Assembly: GCA_030038095.1 (NCBI GenBank)
Contig: JASHPK010000035.1
Location: 26-64,025 of the forward strand
DNA: 64,000 nucleotides
DNA from: Thermoplasmata archaeon
GTDB taxonomy: Archaea; Thermoplasmatota; Thermoplasmata; Lutacidiplasmatales; UBA184
Reading direction: 5' to 3'
This document shows positions 39,692-48,751 of this stretch, piece after piece. Below the pieces are notes generated by a model. It was not told the origin of the DNA, searched no databases, and was given only the letters and a program-made list of their open reading frames with translations. A program made the translations under genes and the position numbers. Within the stretch, counting starts at the first letter, position 1. Every line of letters starts with the position of its first letter.

Positions 39692-40062
39692 GGTACCCGT
39701 CGCGTCTCGGTCTCGAGCCGACGCAACCACGCGCTCGCGAAGAGGTCCTTCCAGGCCCGTTCGGTCCGGGAGACCGCCTCCGAGAATCCCGTCAGGAGAT
39801 GGTCGACTCGACCGTCGGACCATTCGAGGAACACCTGAGGGATGAGGTAGTCCGGGGCCCGGTCCCCGGAGCGACGGACGATGCGGTCGGCGAGACGCTC
39901 CTCGCGCGCCCGGTCGATATCGAGCCTCCGGTACGGGACGTGGAGTCGTTTCGCGAGCTGACGCCCGTTCCGCTCGGAAAGGGGGACGCAGTGCGGGCAC
40001 CATTCGGCGAGAACCACGGTGAGTCGGGACGGGCGCGGTCCCACCGCGGTCGCGCGCTTCAT
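39688..40062 (-). CDS. Thioredoxin/glutaredoxin-like protein
   Basis: AEWCPHC, cis-Pro motif YLIPQVF. Confidence 0.75.
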   Translation of the reverse strand: MKRATAVGPRPSRLTVVLAEWCPHCVPLSERNGRQLAKRLHVPYRRLDIDRAREERLADRIVRRSGDRAPDYLIPQVFLEWSDGRVDHLLTGFSEAVSRTERAWKDLFASAWLRRLETETRRVP

Positions 40063-40176
40063 GCAGGCGTCAAACGTCCCTCCAAGATATCGCTTCAGGG
40101 CGTGCGCCGCCGCCACGGCCCCGAGACGTACCGCTGGAACTTGCCGCTGATATACCCTGGGAGACGTTCACGCCGT

Positions 40177-40605
40177 GTGCCAGCCATCCGCGCCGGCGAG
40201 CCGAGGTTTCGGTTCGAGCCGGCGCCGAACTGGGTCGAGGCGGCTCCCGGGGTCCGGATGCGGCCGCTGGTCGAGGGCGTCGGCACGAAGCTGATCCTGT
40301 ACCGGATCGACCCCGGGACCCGATTCGAGGACCACCGGCACGAATTCGGCGAGCTGGGTGTGGTGCTCCAGGGAAAGGGGCGGATCTCCGTGGAGGGGAC
40401 CGATCGGGAGATCGGCGTCGGCGAATCCTACTTCCTGCCTCCGAACTGCCTCCACGGCCTCTCCGTCGCCGAGGGGCACGAGCCGATGGTCTTGGTCGAC
40501 GTCACCACGTTCCTCCCTCCGGACATCCCGATCCCCACGACTTCGCAGATGACCGAGCTCACGGCCCGGGTGGTCCGCTCCCGCCGCCGACCCGCTCGGG
40601 GCTGA
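40177..40605 (+). CDS. Cupin-domain protein
   Basis: HRHEFGELG, GESYFLPPNCLHG; TATA-like element about 22 nt upstream of GTG. Confidence 0.8.
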   Translation: MPAIRAGEPRFRFEPAPNWVEAAPGVRMRPLVEGVGTKLILYRIDPGTRFEDHRHEFGELGVVLQGKGRISVEGTDREIGVGESYFLPPNCLHGLSVAEGHEPMVLVDVTTFLPPDIPIPTTSQMTELTARVVRSRRRPARG

Positions 40606-40643
40606 CCGCAACTCCCGCCGGAGGACGGGGCCCCGTCCCGGCC

Positions 40644-41477
40644 TCACGGCGCGGGACGGCGAGAGGACTCCGACGCGGCCTCGAGCAGGTGGAGGGCGCC
40701 CCGTCCCAGCCACTGGCCGCCGTCCACCGCGAGGACCTGGCCGGTGATGTAGCTCGCCTTGGCGCTCGCGAGGAATCGCACCGCCTCGGCGACCTCCTCC
40801 GGGGTTCCGAATCGTCCGAGCGGCACGTCGTCGGTGATGGCTTGTACGATCTCCTCCGAGACCCAGAGCTGACGGTCGGTCGCCTCGGTGTGGACCGGCC
40901 CGGGGGAGACGGCATTGACCCGGATCCCGTACCGGGCCCACTCCACCGCCAGGGTCCGGGTGAGCGCGAGGACCCCGGCCTTCGCGGCCGCCGAGTGGGC
41001 CGTGCCGGGTCCCGCCATCCACGCGTACGACGCGACGATGTTCACGATCGCCGGCGCGGGGGCCGTACGGAGCAGCGGGAACGCGGCGCGGGAACAGAAG
41101 AACGTACCATCGAGGACGATGCCGACCACCGCCCTCCAGCCGTTCGGAGTCAGGCTCTCGGCGGGCTGCGCGAAGTTGCCCGCCGCGTTGTTCACGAGGA
41201 GGTCGAGGCGGCCGTACTCCTGTCGCACGGCCTCGATCATCCGGTCGACCTGATCCGGAAGTCGAACGTCCACCGGAACCTCGAGGACCCGCGCCCCGTG
41301 GGGGCGGATCGCGGACGCGCCGTCGCGGAGGTGCTCGGGTGACCGGCTCGCGATCGCGAGGTCGAACCCGTCGTCCGCGAGGACGATCCCGATCGCCCGG
41401 CCGAGACCGGTTCCGCCTCCGGTCACGAGAGCGACGGGGCGGGCGGACCCCGCTGGAGACTCGGCCGGTGGCACCAC
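40644..41477 (-). CDS. SDR oxidoreductase (2,4-dienoyl-CoA reductase-like)
   Basis: VTGGGTGLG, LVNNAAGNF, HSAAAKAGV, RVNAVSPG, YITGQVLAVDGG. Confidence 0.9.
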   Translation of the reverse strand: MVPPAESPAGSARPVALVTGGGTGLGRAIGIVLADDGFDLAIASRSPEHLRDGASAIRPHGARVLEVPVDVRLPDQVDRMIEAVRQEYGRLDLLVNNAAGNFAQPAESLTPNGWRAVVGIVLDGTFFCSRAAFPLLRTAPAPAIVNIVASYAWMAGPGTAHSAAAKAGVLALTRTLAVEWARYGIRVNAVSPGPVHTEATDRQLWVSEEIVQAITDDVPLGRFGTPEEVAEAVRFLASAKASYITGQVLAVDGGQWLGRGALHLLEAASESSRRPAP

Positions 41478-41538
41478 AAGGCCGGGAGGGCACGGGGGGT
41501 ATAGCGACTGCTGGCGGCAGGGGGCTCCGGCCGCGAGG

Positions 41539-41919
41539 CTATCGGTGGCCCCGGGGAGACCCCTCGGGTCCGGATCCGAGGCTCCGAAGGATCCCGCGCA
41601 GGTTCTCGAGGTCGCCCGGTCCGAGGCCCTCCATGGGGATGCCATCGATCCGGTGCACGAGCTCGCCGTCCCGGAACGCGAGGAGCGTGGGAACGACCTC
41701 GATCTGGAATCGGTCCCAGAGCGGGCTCGCGGTGTCGGTCACATCGGCGAGGGCCGATTCGAAAATCCCCCCGCCGTCGAAGCGCTCGAACAGGGGTCGG
41801 AACGCGCGGCAGAAGGGACACCAGTCGGCGAGGACCGCGACCGCCCAGAGACCCTTCCGGCGCAACCGACGCCCCTCGAAGTCCTTCGGTCCCAGCCGTT
41901 CCATCGCGGCGTTCGCCAT
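41539..41919 (-). CDS. Thioredoxin-family protein
   Basis: ADWCPFC, IEVVPTLLAFRDG; start at ATG 41919 or 41904. Confidence 0.85.
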   Translation of the reverse strand: MANAAMERLGPKDFEGRRLRRKGLWAVAVLADWCPFCRAFRPLFERFDGGGIFESALADVTDTASPLWDRFQIEVVPTLLAFRDGELVHRIDGIPMEGLGPGDLENLRGILRSLGSGPEGSPRGHR

Positions 41920-41973
41920 CCCCCACGAACCGCGCGCATCTCCCGCTCGCGAGAAGGGGGCGAGGGCTGCGCG

Positions 41974-42450
41974 TCGTGCGGCCCTTCGAAAGGTGGGCTC
42001 TCGTATCAGCTCGTCGCGCCGTCTCACGAGACGAGGTCCGTGGCCATGCCGAGCTGAAGCTGCCCCGCACGATGGGCAGTCCCAGGGCGCACGGACGCCG
42101 GGCGCGTGTGCGTGCTCTTCCTCGGAGGGTCGAGGCACTCCTAGGTCGTGGCACGCACCGCTGGAGGCTCGGACCGACGAGTGCTCCCCCCGACCCCGCG
42201 CGGACGGGTCGGCTGGCGCCATTCGAAAACCCACACCGGGCCCCTCGCGAGCCGGCTCGGCTGGCGCCTCGGGACGCGCGCGGCACCCGAGACGGTGACG
42301 GTCGCGTCCGACCGCACGATGGCGGTCGGAGGGCGGTCCGTACCTCAACGGTTCGACGGGGTCCATAGGGACGAAGGCTCTCGCTAGGACGGGATGTCCC
42401 CGCGACGGCTCGAGGCCCTCCCATCCGAGGCGGCGCACGGCGCCGCACGA
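41974..42450. other. Hairpin- and repeat-rich intergenic element (candidate structured ncRNA or leader)
   Basis: 9-bp complementary termini, six internal 5-9 bp stems, a 12-bp direct repeat and a recurring CCGCACGA motif; no protein-like ORF. Confidence 0.35.
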
Positions 42451-42509
42451 GGAATTTAGTAGGCGTCGCACTTGGCGGCGCCCAGGCGGGCTCCTCCGCA
42501 CCTCGGGCC

Positions 42510-42659
42510 ATGATCCGCGATGGACAGATCCTCTGCGACCGGTGCCAGAAGACGATCACTCGGGTGACCGACGTACCGGCCGAGGGCTGGCCCTCGATGC
42601 ATAATCTGTGCTCCGCGTGCTTCCTCGAGGTCTGGAAGGAGTCGATCCCGCGGGCGTGA
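42510..42659 (+). CDS. 49-aa Zn-finger microprotein
   Basis: Manual translation MIRDGQILCDRCQKTITRVTDVPAEGWPSMHNLCSACFLEVWKESIPRA; two CxxC; below the ORF-track cutoff. Confidence 0.7.
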   Translation: MIRDGQILCDRCQKTITRVTDVPAEGWPSMHNLCSACFLEVWKESIPRA

Positions 42660-42680
42660 CCCTGCGGACCGAGGGGCGAG

Positions 42681-43229
42681 CTACGAGGGGAGGTCCCTCC
42701 CTTCGAGCGGGACCAGTGCCTCGTCCTCGAACCAGGCGATCACGATGAAATGCCAGGTGAGCACCACGAGCAGGAGGAGGTCCTTCAGGTCCTTCGCCGT
42801 CGGGTCGACCACCACGGCCCCCCCTTCCAGCGCGCGGCCGGCGCGGACCGGCTCAAGATGCAGGATCTCCCGCCGATCCTCGGTGGTCACCTGCCAGGCC
42901 GGCACGAGGAGCCCCGCCCGATGGAAGCGGTACGAGCGCCCGTCCGCGAGATGGATGAGGTGGTAGCCGAGGTGCACCGAGAGCCGGGCGATCTCTCGGC
43001 CCTCCTCCTTCGGTCGGACGACCACGTGGGGGTTCAGGAAACCCCCCCGCTGGAGCGCCCAACTTCCCTCGGCACTCTCGGCCAGCGCAAGAGACCCGGC
43101 GTCCTTCTCCCAAGCGAGGTCAGCGACCAGGGAGTCTCCCGCCATCAGTCGAAAGCGGAGGGGCTCGTCGGCGCGGAGCCAGCGAAGCGCCGACCGGTCG
43201 GTCGAGGGAAGCGATGCGTACGCAGCCAC
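42681..43229 (-). CDS. Hypothetical protein
   Basis: 182 aa with protein-like composition and host-like codon usage. Confidence 0.65.
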   Translation of the reverse strand: MAAYASLPSTDRSALRWLRADEPLRFRLMAGDSLVADLAWEKDAGSLALAESAEGSWALQRGGFLNPHVVVRPKEEGREIARLSVHLGYHLIHLADGRSYRFHRAGLLVPAWQVTTEDRREILHLEPVRAGRALEGGAVVVDPTAKDLKDLLLLVVLTWHFIVIAWFEDEALVPLEGRDLPS

Positions 43230-43273
43230 GTCGCACCACCGCTTCGCGACTTCTTAACGGCGGCGCGGCGGGG

Positions 43274-43918
43274 TCAGTAGGGCGCAGACGCGGACGGAGG
43301 ATGCCGTCGGCCCGCATCCCGTGCAATCCCGTCGAGTTCGCGCAGCATCTGCTCGACTTCCGTCCGGGGGATCGGTTCCACGGGGGGCGTGGGAAGCGGA
43401 ACCGGCCGGGCGTCGAGCTCCTCCTCCGGTTCCTCCCAGGGCGGGGAATTGCGCGGGGTGGTGGCCAGGGCGGCCGAAAAGCCGCTGGCGTGACCGGCCG
43501 CTCGCCGGGAAGCGGGCGCGATCGCCGGTGGAGGTCGGCCGAGGTCGGCGCGGTTCGAGACGGACGTCGCGGGGGCCCGGGCGCGCGGCCGGACTGGCTC
43601 CGGCCGCTCCGGCAGGAGCGCGGCCTCCTCGGCGGACTCCACGGGCTCTGAGCCGTCGGTCGCGTAGAACCACGAGAGCACTCCACCGATCGATGCGACG
43701 AACCCGAGGACCACGAGCAGGTCCCAGAGAGGGAACGAGCCCGGTCCGGCCGACGGATCGAACCTCCAGACCGCATAACCGCCGATGAACAGCGCGATCG
43801 CGGCGAGGAAGAGGGGGCTGGAAGGGGCGAAGCCCGTCCAGCGCGACGGCCGTCCGACCTGGGGCGGCTCCGTATTGTAGATCGGCCCCACGAGAGTACC
43901 ACCTCGGAACCCGCTCAA
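43274..43918 (-). CDS. Hypothetical membrane protein (2 TM plus Pro-rich tail)
   Basis: Two hydrophobic segments (LFLAAIALFIGGYAVW; LLVVLGFVASIGGVLSWF); start uncertain. Confidence 0.6.
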   Translation of the reverse strand: MSGFRGGTLVGPIYNTEPPQVGRPSRWTGFAPSSPLFLAAIALFIGGYAVWRFDPSAGPGSFPLWDLLVVLGFVASIGGVLSWFYATDGSEPVESAEEAALLPERPEPVRPRARAPATSVSNRADLGRPPPAIAPASRRAAGHASGFSAALATTPRNSPPWEEPEEELDARPVPLPTPPVEPIPRTEVEQMLRELDGIARDAGRRHPPSASAPY

Positions 43919-44029
43919 ATGGCTGTCGGCGGAATTCGGGTCCCAGAAGCTCCCCCGCAGGGTTATACTTCGGAGGAATACGCATAAATACGCAACTCAC
44001 GCTTGTTGTCTCCAACCCTGGGATGCTCC

Positions 44030-44650
44030 ATGGCAGGTCGCATGCAGCGCCGAACGGTCTACGCCGCGACGATCGTGACCCTCCTCGCCCTCGCGGGGGG
44101 CTGGGCGTTCGCGGCCGGCACGATTCACTCGAGCGGGCCGGCCCAGAACTCGAAGATCACGGTCACCGCTCCGAACGGGTTCACGGACGCCTATGTCCAG
44201 TCGACCCAGCTGATCCAGGTCTCGAGCGGCCTCCTCAACTCTACCTCCCCTGCGGGGACCCAGCCCGTGAGCAGCCACGGTCTCAACTCGAGTTACCAGA
44301 CGAACGCCATCCTGCCGAGCTGCTCGGGGAACGCCTGTCTCGCGAACTACTCGGCGGTCGACCCGTCCCACGCCCTGACCGCGGGCGACACCGCGCTCCA
44401 GGTGGCCCTGCAGGTCAACCAGACGTCGACGGCGAGCGGCTTCGACATCCAGGTCGAGATTCTGATGGCGAGCGGCTTCTACAACTTCGGAAGCGGCTAC
44501 TTCGACACGGCCACCGGCACCACCTTCGTGTGGGTCTTCCTCTACGTGGATCTTGGGGTGAACCCCATCACGACCCCGCTCTCGGGCGACATCGTCTCCG
44601 ACATCGTCGTGACGTTCAACTCCTGCTCGTCCGCGACGACCTGCCCGTGA
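44030..44650 (+). CDS. Secreted S/T-rich hypothetical protein
   Basis: Basic N-terminus plus hydrophobic signal (RRTVYAATIVTLLALAGGWAFAA), sequons, two Cys pairs. Confidence 0.75.
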   Translation: MAGRMQRRTVYAATIVTLLALAGGWAFAAGTIHSSGPAQNSKITVTAPNGFTDAYVQSTQLIQVSSGLLNSTSPAGTQPVSSHGLNSSYQTNAILPSCSGNACLANYSAVDPSHALTAGDTALQVALQVNQTSTASGFDIQVEILMASGFYNFGSGYFDTATGTTFVWVFLYVDLGVNPITTPLSGDIVSDIVVTFNSCSSATTCP

Positions 44651-44789
44651 GCTAGCGCCACCGGCGCGACCCGCGCCCGGTCCGGGCGCGAACCCCTTCC
44701 TCCACTCTTCGAGCCACGTGACGGATCGGCTCGCCGATGGGCGGTGAGGAGCGTCCGAGGGACCCGCCGACGATGGGCGGCTCGAAGGC

Positions 44790-45152
44790 CTACCGACTCG
44801 CGAGCAGGAAGAGGATCCCGGCGATCAGCACGAGTAGGGTGCCGAGAATTCCGAGGATGCCCGCCGCGAGACCGAACGCGATCCAGCCGATCAGCGCGAT
44901 CACCACGAGGATCACCCCCGCCGTCAGCGCGCGGTCGCGGGCGCTCGACTTACCGTAGGCCGTGAACAGCCCCACGATCACGCCGACGACGAGGACGATC
45001 ACCGCGTGCTGCCAAGTTCCGAGCGCCGCGAGCCCATGGCCGAGCGCGATCAGCACCACACCCGCGACAAGCTCGATCAGGCCCTCCAAGACCAGCAGTA
45101 GCGCCCCGAGGATCCCGAAGACCATCGCGAGTCGACGCTCGTCGTCGGCCAT
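44790..45152 (-). CDS. Small 4-TM membrane protein
   Basis: MADDERRLAMVFGILGALLL..; four hydrophobic helices. Confidence 0.75.
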   Translation of the reverse strand: MADDERRLAMVFGILGALLLVLEGLIELVAGVVLIALGHGLAALGTWQHAVIVLVVGVIVGLFTAYGKSSARDRALTAGVILVVIALIGWIAFGLAAGILGILGTLLVLIAGILFLLASR

Positions 45153-45262
45153 GGTCCGGAACGAGGTGCGCCTCCGCATCACCCTTCTGGTCCGAGTGCC
45201 GGACGGTGGCCGCGGATGCGGCCCGCACGAACACCTAAGTCCCGGCGCGTCTCCCGGGACCT

Positions 45263-45964
45263 GTGACCTCCCGAGGGACGAGCCCCGCGGCCCGGCGCGA
45301 GTTCGACCGCGAGGCGTCGGAGTACGACCGTACGGCACGGGCCTCGATGCCGGCGTATCTCGACCTCCATCGCACTCTGGTCGGAGGGATTCCGTACCTC
45401 CCCACGCGGTCGTTCCGGGTGCTCGAGCTTGGGGTGGGCACCGGAACGCTGACTGATCTCCTACTTCGGGAGTACCCTCACGCCCAGGTGACGGGGGTCG
45501 ACATCTCGCCCCGCATGATCGCCCGCGCCCGGGAGAAGCTTCGCCCATTCCGGGACCGGGTGGAACTCGTTGCCGGCGATTTGGGCGCGTACGAGGAGGG
45601 GGAGTACCAGGTCGTGCTCTCGGCCCTGGCCATCCACCATCTCGCCGACGCGGAGAAATGGCGGCTCTTCCGCCGGATCCGTCGGACCCTCCCGGTCGGC
45701 GGTTACTTCGGGGACGCCGACGATCACCTTCCCGAGGACTCCGTCTTCGACACCCGGTACGCCCAGATTGCGCTCGCGCTGCGGCCCGCGGTCCGGGCGG
45801 CGGGAGGGTGGACGAGCCCACAGCAGATATGGCACGAACACGAGAAGTTCGACCACCCCTGCACGCTCCAGGCCGAGGTCGCCGCGCTCGAGCGAGCGGG
45901 ATTCGCTCACGTGGGCGTGCCGTGGCGCTTCTTTGGCCAAGCGGTCGTGTGGGCCTACAAATGA
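45263..45964 (+). CDS. Class I SAM-dependent methyltransferase
   Basis: VLELGVGTG, GVDISPRM, SALAIHHL. Confidence 0.88.
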   Translation: MTSRGTSPAARREFDREASEYDRTARASMPAYLDLHRTLVGGIPYLPTRSFRVLELGVGTGTLTDLLLREYPHAQVTGVDISPRMIARAREKLRPFRDRVELVAGDLGAYEEGEYQVVLSALAIHHLADAEKWRLFRRIRRTLPVGGYFGDADDHLPEDSVFDTRYAQIALALRPAVRAAGGWTSPQQIWHEHEKFDHPCTLQAEVAALERAGFAHVGVPWRFFGQAVVWAYK

Positions 45965-46018
45965 CCCCACCCGACGCTTTCGCCAGCCGGTGCGCGGACC
46001 ACTGGAACGCGAGGGTCG

Positions 46019-46276
46019 ATGGTCCTGCGTGAGACCCAGTTCTTTGTCGGGGGACTGCTCACGATCGCGCTCGGGGTCGTGCTCGCCGTGGCGCTCTACG
46101 GGGCGGGCCTCGGCCTCGACTACTTCGGCGCTTGGTTCGCGGCCGGGGGAGCGGTCGGGTTCGGCGCGTTCTTCCTGTACGTCTCCCGGGACGAGCATCG
46201 GGCCCGGCTCGCCTACCTCGCGGCCGAGCTGCCCGGAAGCGCTGCGGTTCCACCGCCCGGACCTCCCGGCCGTTGA
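46019..46276 (+). CDS. Small 2-TM membrane protein
   Basis: 85 aa, two hydrophobic segments. Confidence 0.65.
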   Translation: MVLRETQFFVGGLLTIALGVVLAVALYGAGLGLDYFGAWFAAGGAVGFGAFFLYVSRDEHRARLAYLAAELPGSAAVPPPGPPGR

Positions 46277-46322
46277 GTTCCGAAGCAAACCTTTTCTGGC
46301 GGGGGCGCGGTCCATGCCTCGT

Positions 46323-46428
46323 GGCCGGGATGGGGTAGCTTGGCCTATCCTGGGGGACTGTGGATCCCTCGACCCGGGTTCAAAGGGGAAGGGGCCGCAC
46401 CCCGACCCTGAGACTCTCGGTCCCGGCC
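46323..46428 (+). tRNA. tRNA-His(GTG) with encoded G-1 and a 30-nt T-loop intron
   Basis: G-GCCGGGA..GGGGA CTGTGGA TCCCT-CGAC-CCGGG TTCAAA^T CTCGG-TCCCGGC-C; G-1:C73 His identity pair. Confidence 0.93.
46385..46414 (+). other. tRNA intron at non-canonical position 59/60 (BHB)
   Basis: Intron GGGGAAGGGGCCGCACCCCGACCCTGAGAC. Junction CCGGG TTCA AAG GGG..CCC TGAG ACT CTCGG gives 3-nt bulge, 4-bp helix, 3-nt bulge. Confidence 0.9.
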
Positions 46429-47310
46429 CTACGACCTCTTCGCTCCCGCTCGTGGCCGACGATGGGGCCGACGTCCGGCGGGTCGTTCGAGCCGGGCGAG
46501 GAGTTCCGGAAGCTCCTCGAGGCTGTAGCCCGCCCAGGCGGCCCCCCACTTTCGCAGGTCGCGGGGCGTCAGCGACCAGTGGCTCGTGCGGGAGGCTCGG
46601 GCGAGAGCGATCACGCCAGGGACGGAGCTGGCCGCCTCCAGGTCGAACCGGGAATCCCCGACCAGGAACATCGGTCGGTCCGGGAATCGACGCCGGTACT
46701 CCCGGAGGTGCTCGCGCTTCGTCCCTTCGCCCGAGCCCAGCACGTCCTCGAACCAGTAGCGAAGACCCTCGCGCTCGAGGAGAAGATCGGCCATCTCGGT
46801 CTCCGCGCCCGTGGAGATCGCGAGGGTCCACCGCTCTCGGGCGAGCCGGTTCAGGGTACGGGGCATCTCAGGAAACGGCCGCGCCCGGGCGTACGCTTCG
46901 GCGACCTTACGTTGATGGAAGGTCCGAGCGGTCGAGGCTCGCAGGGGCGCGGGCGCTTCGGGATAGAGCTGGGCGAGCTGGGCCTCGAAGGGCATCCCCG
47001 TGGTCGCGAGGTAGTGGATCCTCGCCTCCTCGACGGGGGTACCGAACGCCTTCGCCATCACCTCGGCCGCGACCTGGCTGATCGCCGAGAGGTCGTCGAG
47101 GATCGTGCCGTCGAGGTCGAACACGACCACCCCCCGCTCCACGAGCCGGGGCGCCGGGGGCGGGGCCGAGCGGCCGGCCGGCCGGGCCACCTCAGCGTAC
47201 TGGCTGGTCGCGACGACCAGCGGGAGCTCGATTCCCTCCAGCGAGCGCGGCCCGGGCTCCTCGGGACGCGTCTCGTCCGGAGACCGCCGGGGGCCCGACG
47301 GGTCGGTCAT
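46429..47310 (-). CDS. HAD-superfamily hydrolase
   Basis: VFDLDGTILDD, IST, K, LVGDSRFDLEAA; start uncertain. Confidence 0.82.
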   Translation of the reverse strand: MTDPSGPRRSPDETRPEEPGPRSLEGIELPLVVATSQYAEVARPAGRSAPPPAPRLVERGVVVFDLDGTILDDLSAISQVAAEVMAKAFGTPVEEARIHYLATTGMPFEAQLAQLYPEAPAPLRASTARTFHQRKVAEAYARARPFPEMPRTLNRLARERWTLAISTGAETEMADLLLEREGLRYWFEDVLGSGEGTKREHLREYRRRFPDRPMFLVGDSRFDLEAASSVPGVIALARASRTSHWSLTPRDLRKWGAAWAGYSLEELPELLARLERPAGRRPHRRPRAGAKRS

Positions 47311-47408
47311 GAGCGGGGCGAGCCCCCCTGGCTCATTAGGTCGGCGAGGCCGGGGTGGGCCTAATAGCGGCCGGGAGCTCACGGCTCCGCCCCCAGGGAG
47401 GCGCTCCG

Positions 47409-48710
47409 ATGCACCCGAGCCATGCGATCCGCGGTCGCACGACGCAGCTGCTCTCGGGACGACGGATCGTGATCGGGATCTCGGGCTCGATCGCGGCGAT
47501 CGAGGTCCCGAAGATCGTCCGCGAGCTGATCCGCCACGGGGCGGACGTCCGCGCGGTAATGAGTCCGGAGTCGACGAAGATCCTCACGCCCGAAACGGTC
47601 GAGTTCGCGACCGGGCACCCCCCCGTGACCCGGCTCACCGGTAACGTCGAGCACGTGACCCTCCTCGGCCCTGGAGAGGGGCGCGCCGACCTCTATCTCA
47701 TCGCCCCGGCGACGGCCAACACGATCTCGAAAATCGCCTACGGGATCGACGACACCCCGGTGACGTCGTGCGCCTCGGTCGCGCTCGGCGGGCGGGTGCC
47801 GATGCTGATCGCGCCCGCGATGCACTCGCACATGGGCCTCAATCCGGCCGTGGTGGAGAACCTGGAGAAGCTCCGGTCGTGGGGCGTGGGAGTGATCCCG
47901 ACGCAGAGCGTGGAGGGGGAGGAGAAGATCGCGGCGCCCGACGACGTGGCCGCCGCCGTGCTCCATCGGCTCGCCCAGGGTCCCTGGGTCGGCCGGCGCG
48001 TGATCGTGATCGGCGGGGCGGCTCGGGAGCAGATCGACGCGGTTCGTTCCGTCACGAACGATAGCTCGGGAGCCTCGGCCGTGGCGATCGCCGTCCAGGC
48101 GTACTACCGCGGGGCCGAGGTCGAACTGTGGGCGGGATCGATGGAGGTGCCGGTGCCGGGGTGGTTCCCCGCGAGCCGCTGGCGCGGGGTGGAGTCCCTC
48201 CTCGATCTCGCGCGCCGGCGGCGCGTGGACCTCGCGGCGAGTGCGGCCGTGATCGTCCCGGCGGCGCTTTCGGACTACGTCCTCCCCAAGCGCGGCGGGA
48301 AGATCTCCTCCCGGGACGAGCCGACGCTCACCCTCACTCTCCAACGCGCCCCGAAGGTGCTTCCGACGCTGCGGCGGTATGCCCCGGCCCCCACCCGGCT
48401 CGTGGCGTTCAAGCTCGAGGCGGGCGCCGACGAGGCGGCCCTCGAAGCGGAGGGGCGAAGGCTCGCCGCGGAGACGGGGGCGGACTGGGTGGTCGCGAAC
48501 GACGTCGCGACCATGGGCAGCCCCGAGACCAACGCCCTGGTGCTCCCCGGGGACGGCAGCCGACGCTGGATCCGGGGCCCGAAGCGGGAATTTGCGGGAA
48601 AGCTGCTCGACGACCTCGGCAGGGAGCTGGGGAATCTCGTCGCTGCGGCGATGCCACCCTCGCGCCCCCGCCGTCGCTCGCCTCCGCTGCGACGCCGCCG
48701 TCCCCACTGA
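47409..48710 (+). CDS. coaBC: Bifunctional phosphopantothenoylcysteine decarboxylase/ligase
   Basis: GISGSIAA, APATANTISKIA, APAMH, EQIDAVR..NDSSG, AALSDY, VAFKLE, VVAND. Confidence 0.92.
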   Translation: MHPSHAIRGRTTQLLSGRRIVIGISGSIAAIEVPKIVRELIRHGADVRAVMSPESTKILTPETVEFATGHPPVTRLTGNVEHVTLLGPGEGRADLYLIAPATANTISKIAYGIDDTPVTSCASVALGGRVPMLIAPAMHSHMGLNPAVVENLEKLRSWGVGVIPTQSVEGEEKIAAPDDVAAAVLHRLAQGPWVGRRVIVIGGAAREQIDAVRSVTNDSSGASAVAIAVQAYYRGAEVELWAGSMEVPVPGWFPASRWRGVESLLDLARRRRVDLAASAAVIVPAALSDYVLPKRGGKISSRDEPTLTLTLQRAPKVLPTLRRYAPAPTRLVAFKLEAGADEAALEAEGRRLAAETGADWVVANDVATMGSPETNALVLPGDGSRRWIRGPKREFAGKLLDDLGRELGNLVAAAMPPSRPRRRSPPLRRRRPH

Positions 48711-48751
48711 CTGACCCAAGGAGGACCGGCGCCGGCGTCGGTCCGTGTCGC

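Noticed and set aside
41940..42460. RNase P RNA, SRP RNA or group II intron identity for the structured gap
   Set aside because: I could not find the conserved RNase P P4 strands, the SRP helix-8 motif or a domain V on either strand; kept only as an unknown candidate.
41920..42501. Long N-terminal extension of the thioredoxin ORF (includes CPSC)
   Set aside because: Low-complexity, non-protein-like translation; an open frame of this length is unremarkable at this GC content.
36600..46320. Accessory gene patch as an island integrated at tRNA-His
   Set aside because: It lies 5' of the tRNA, with no integrase and no duplicated tRNA end seen; composition is mostly host-like.
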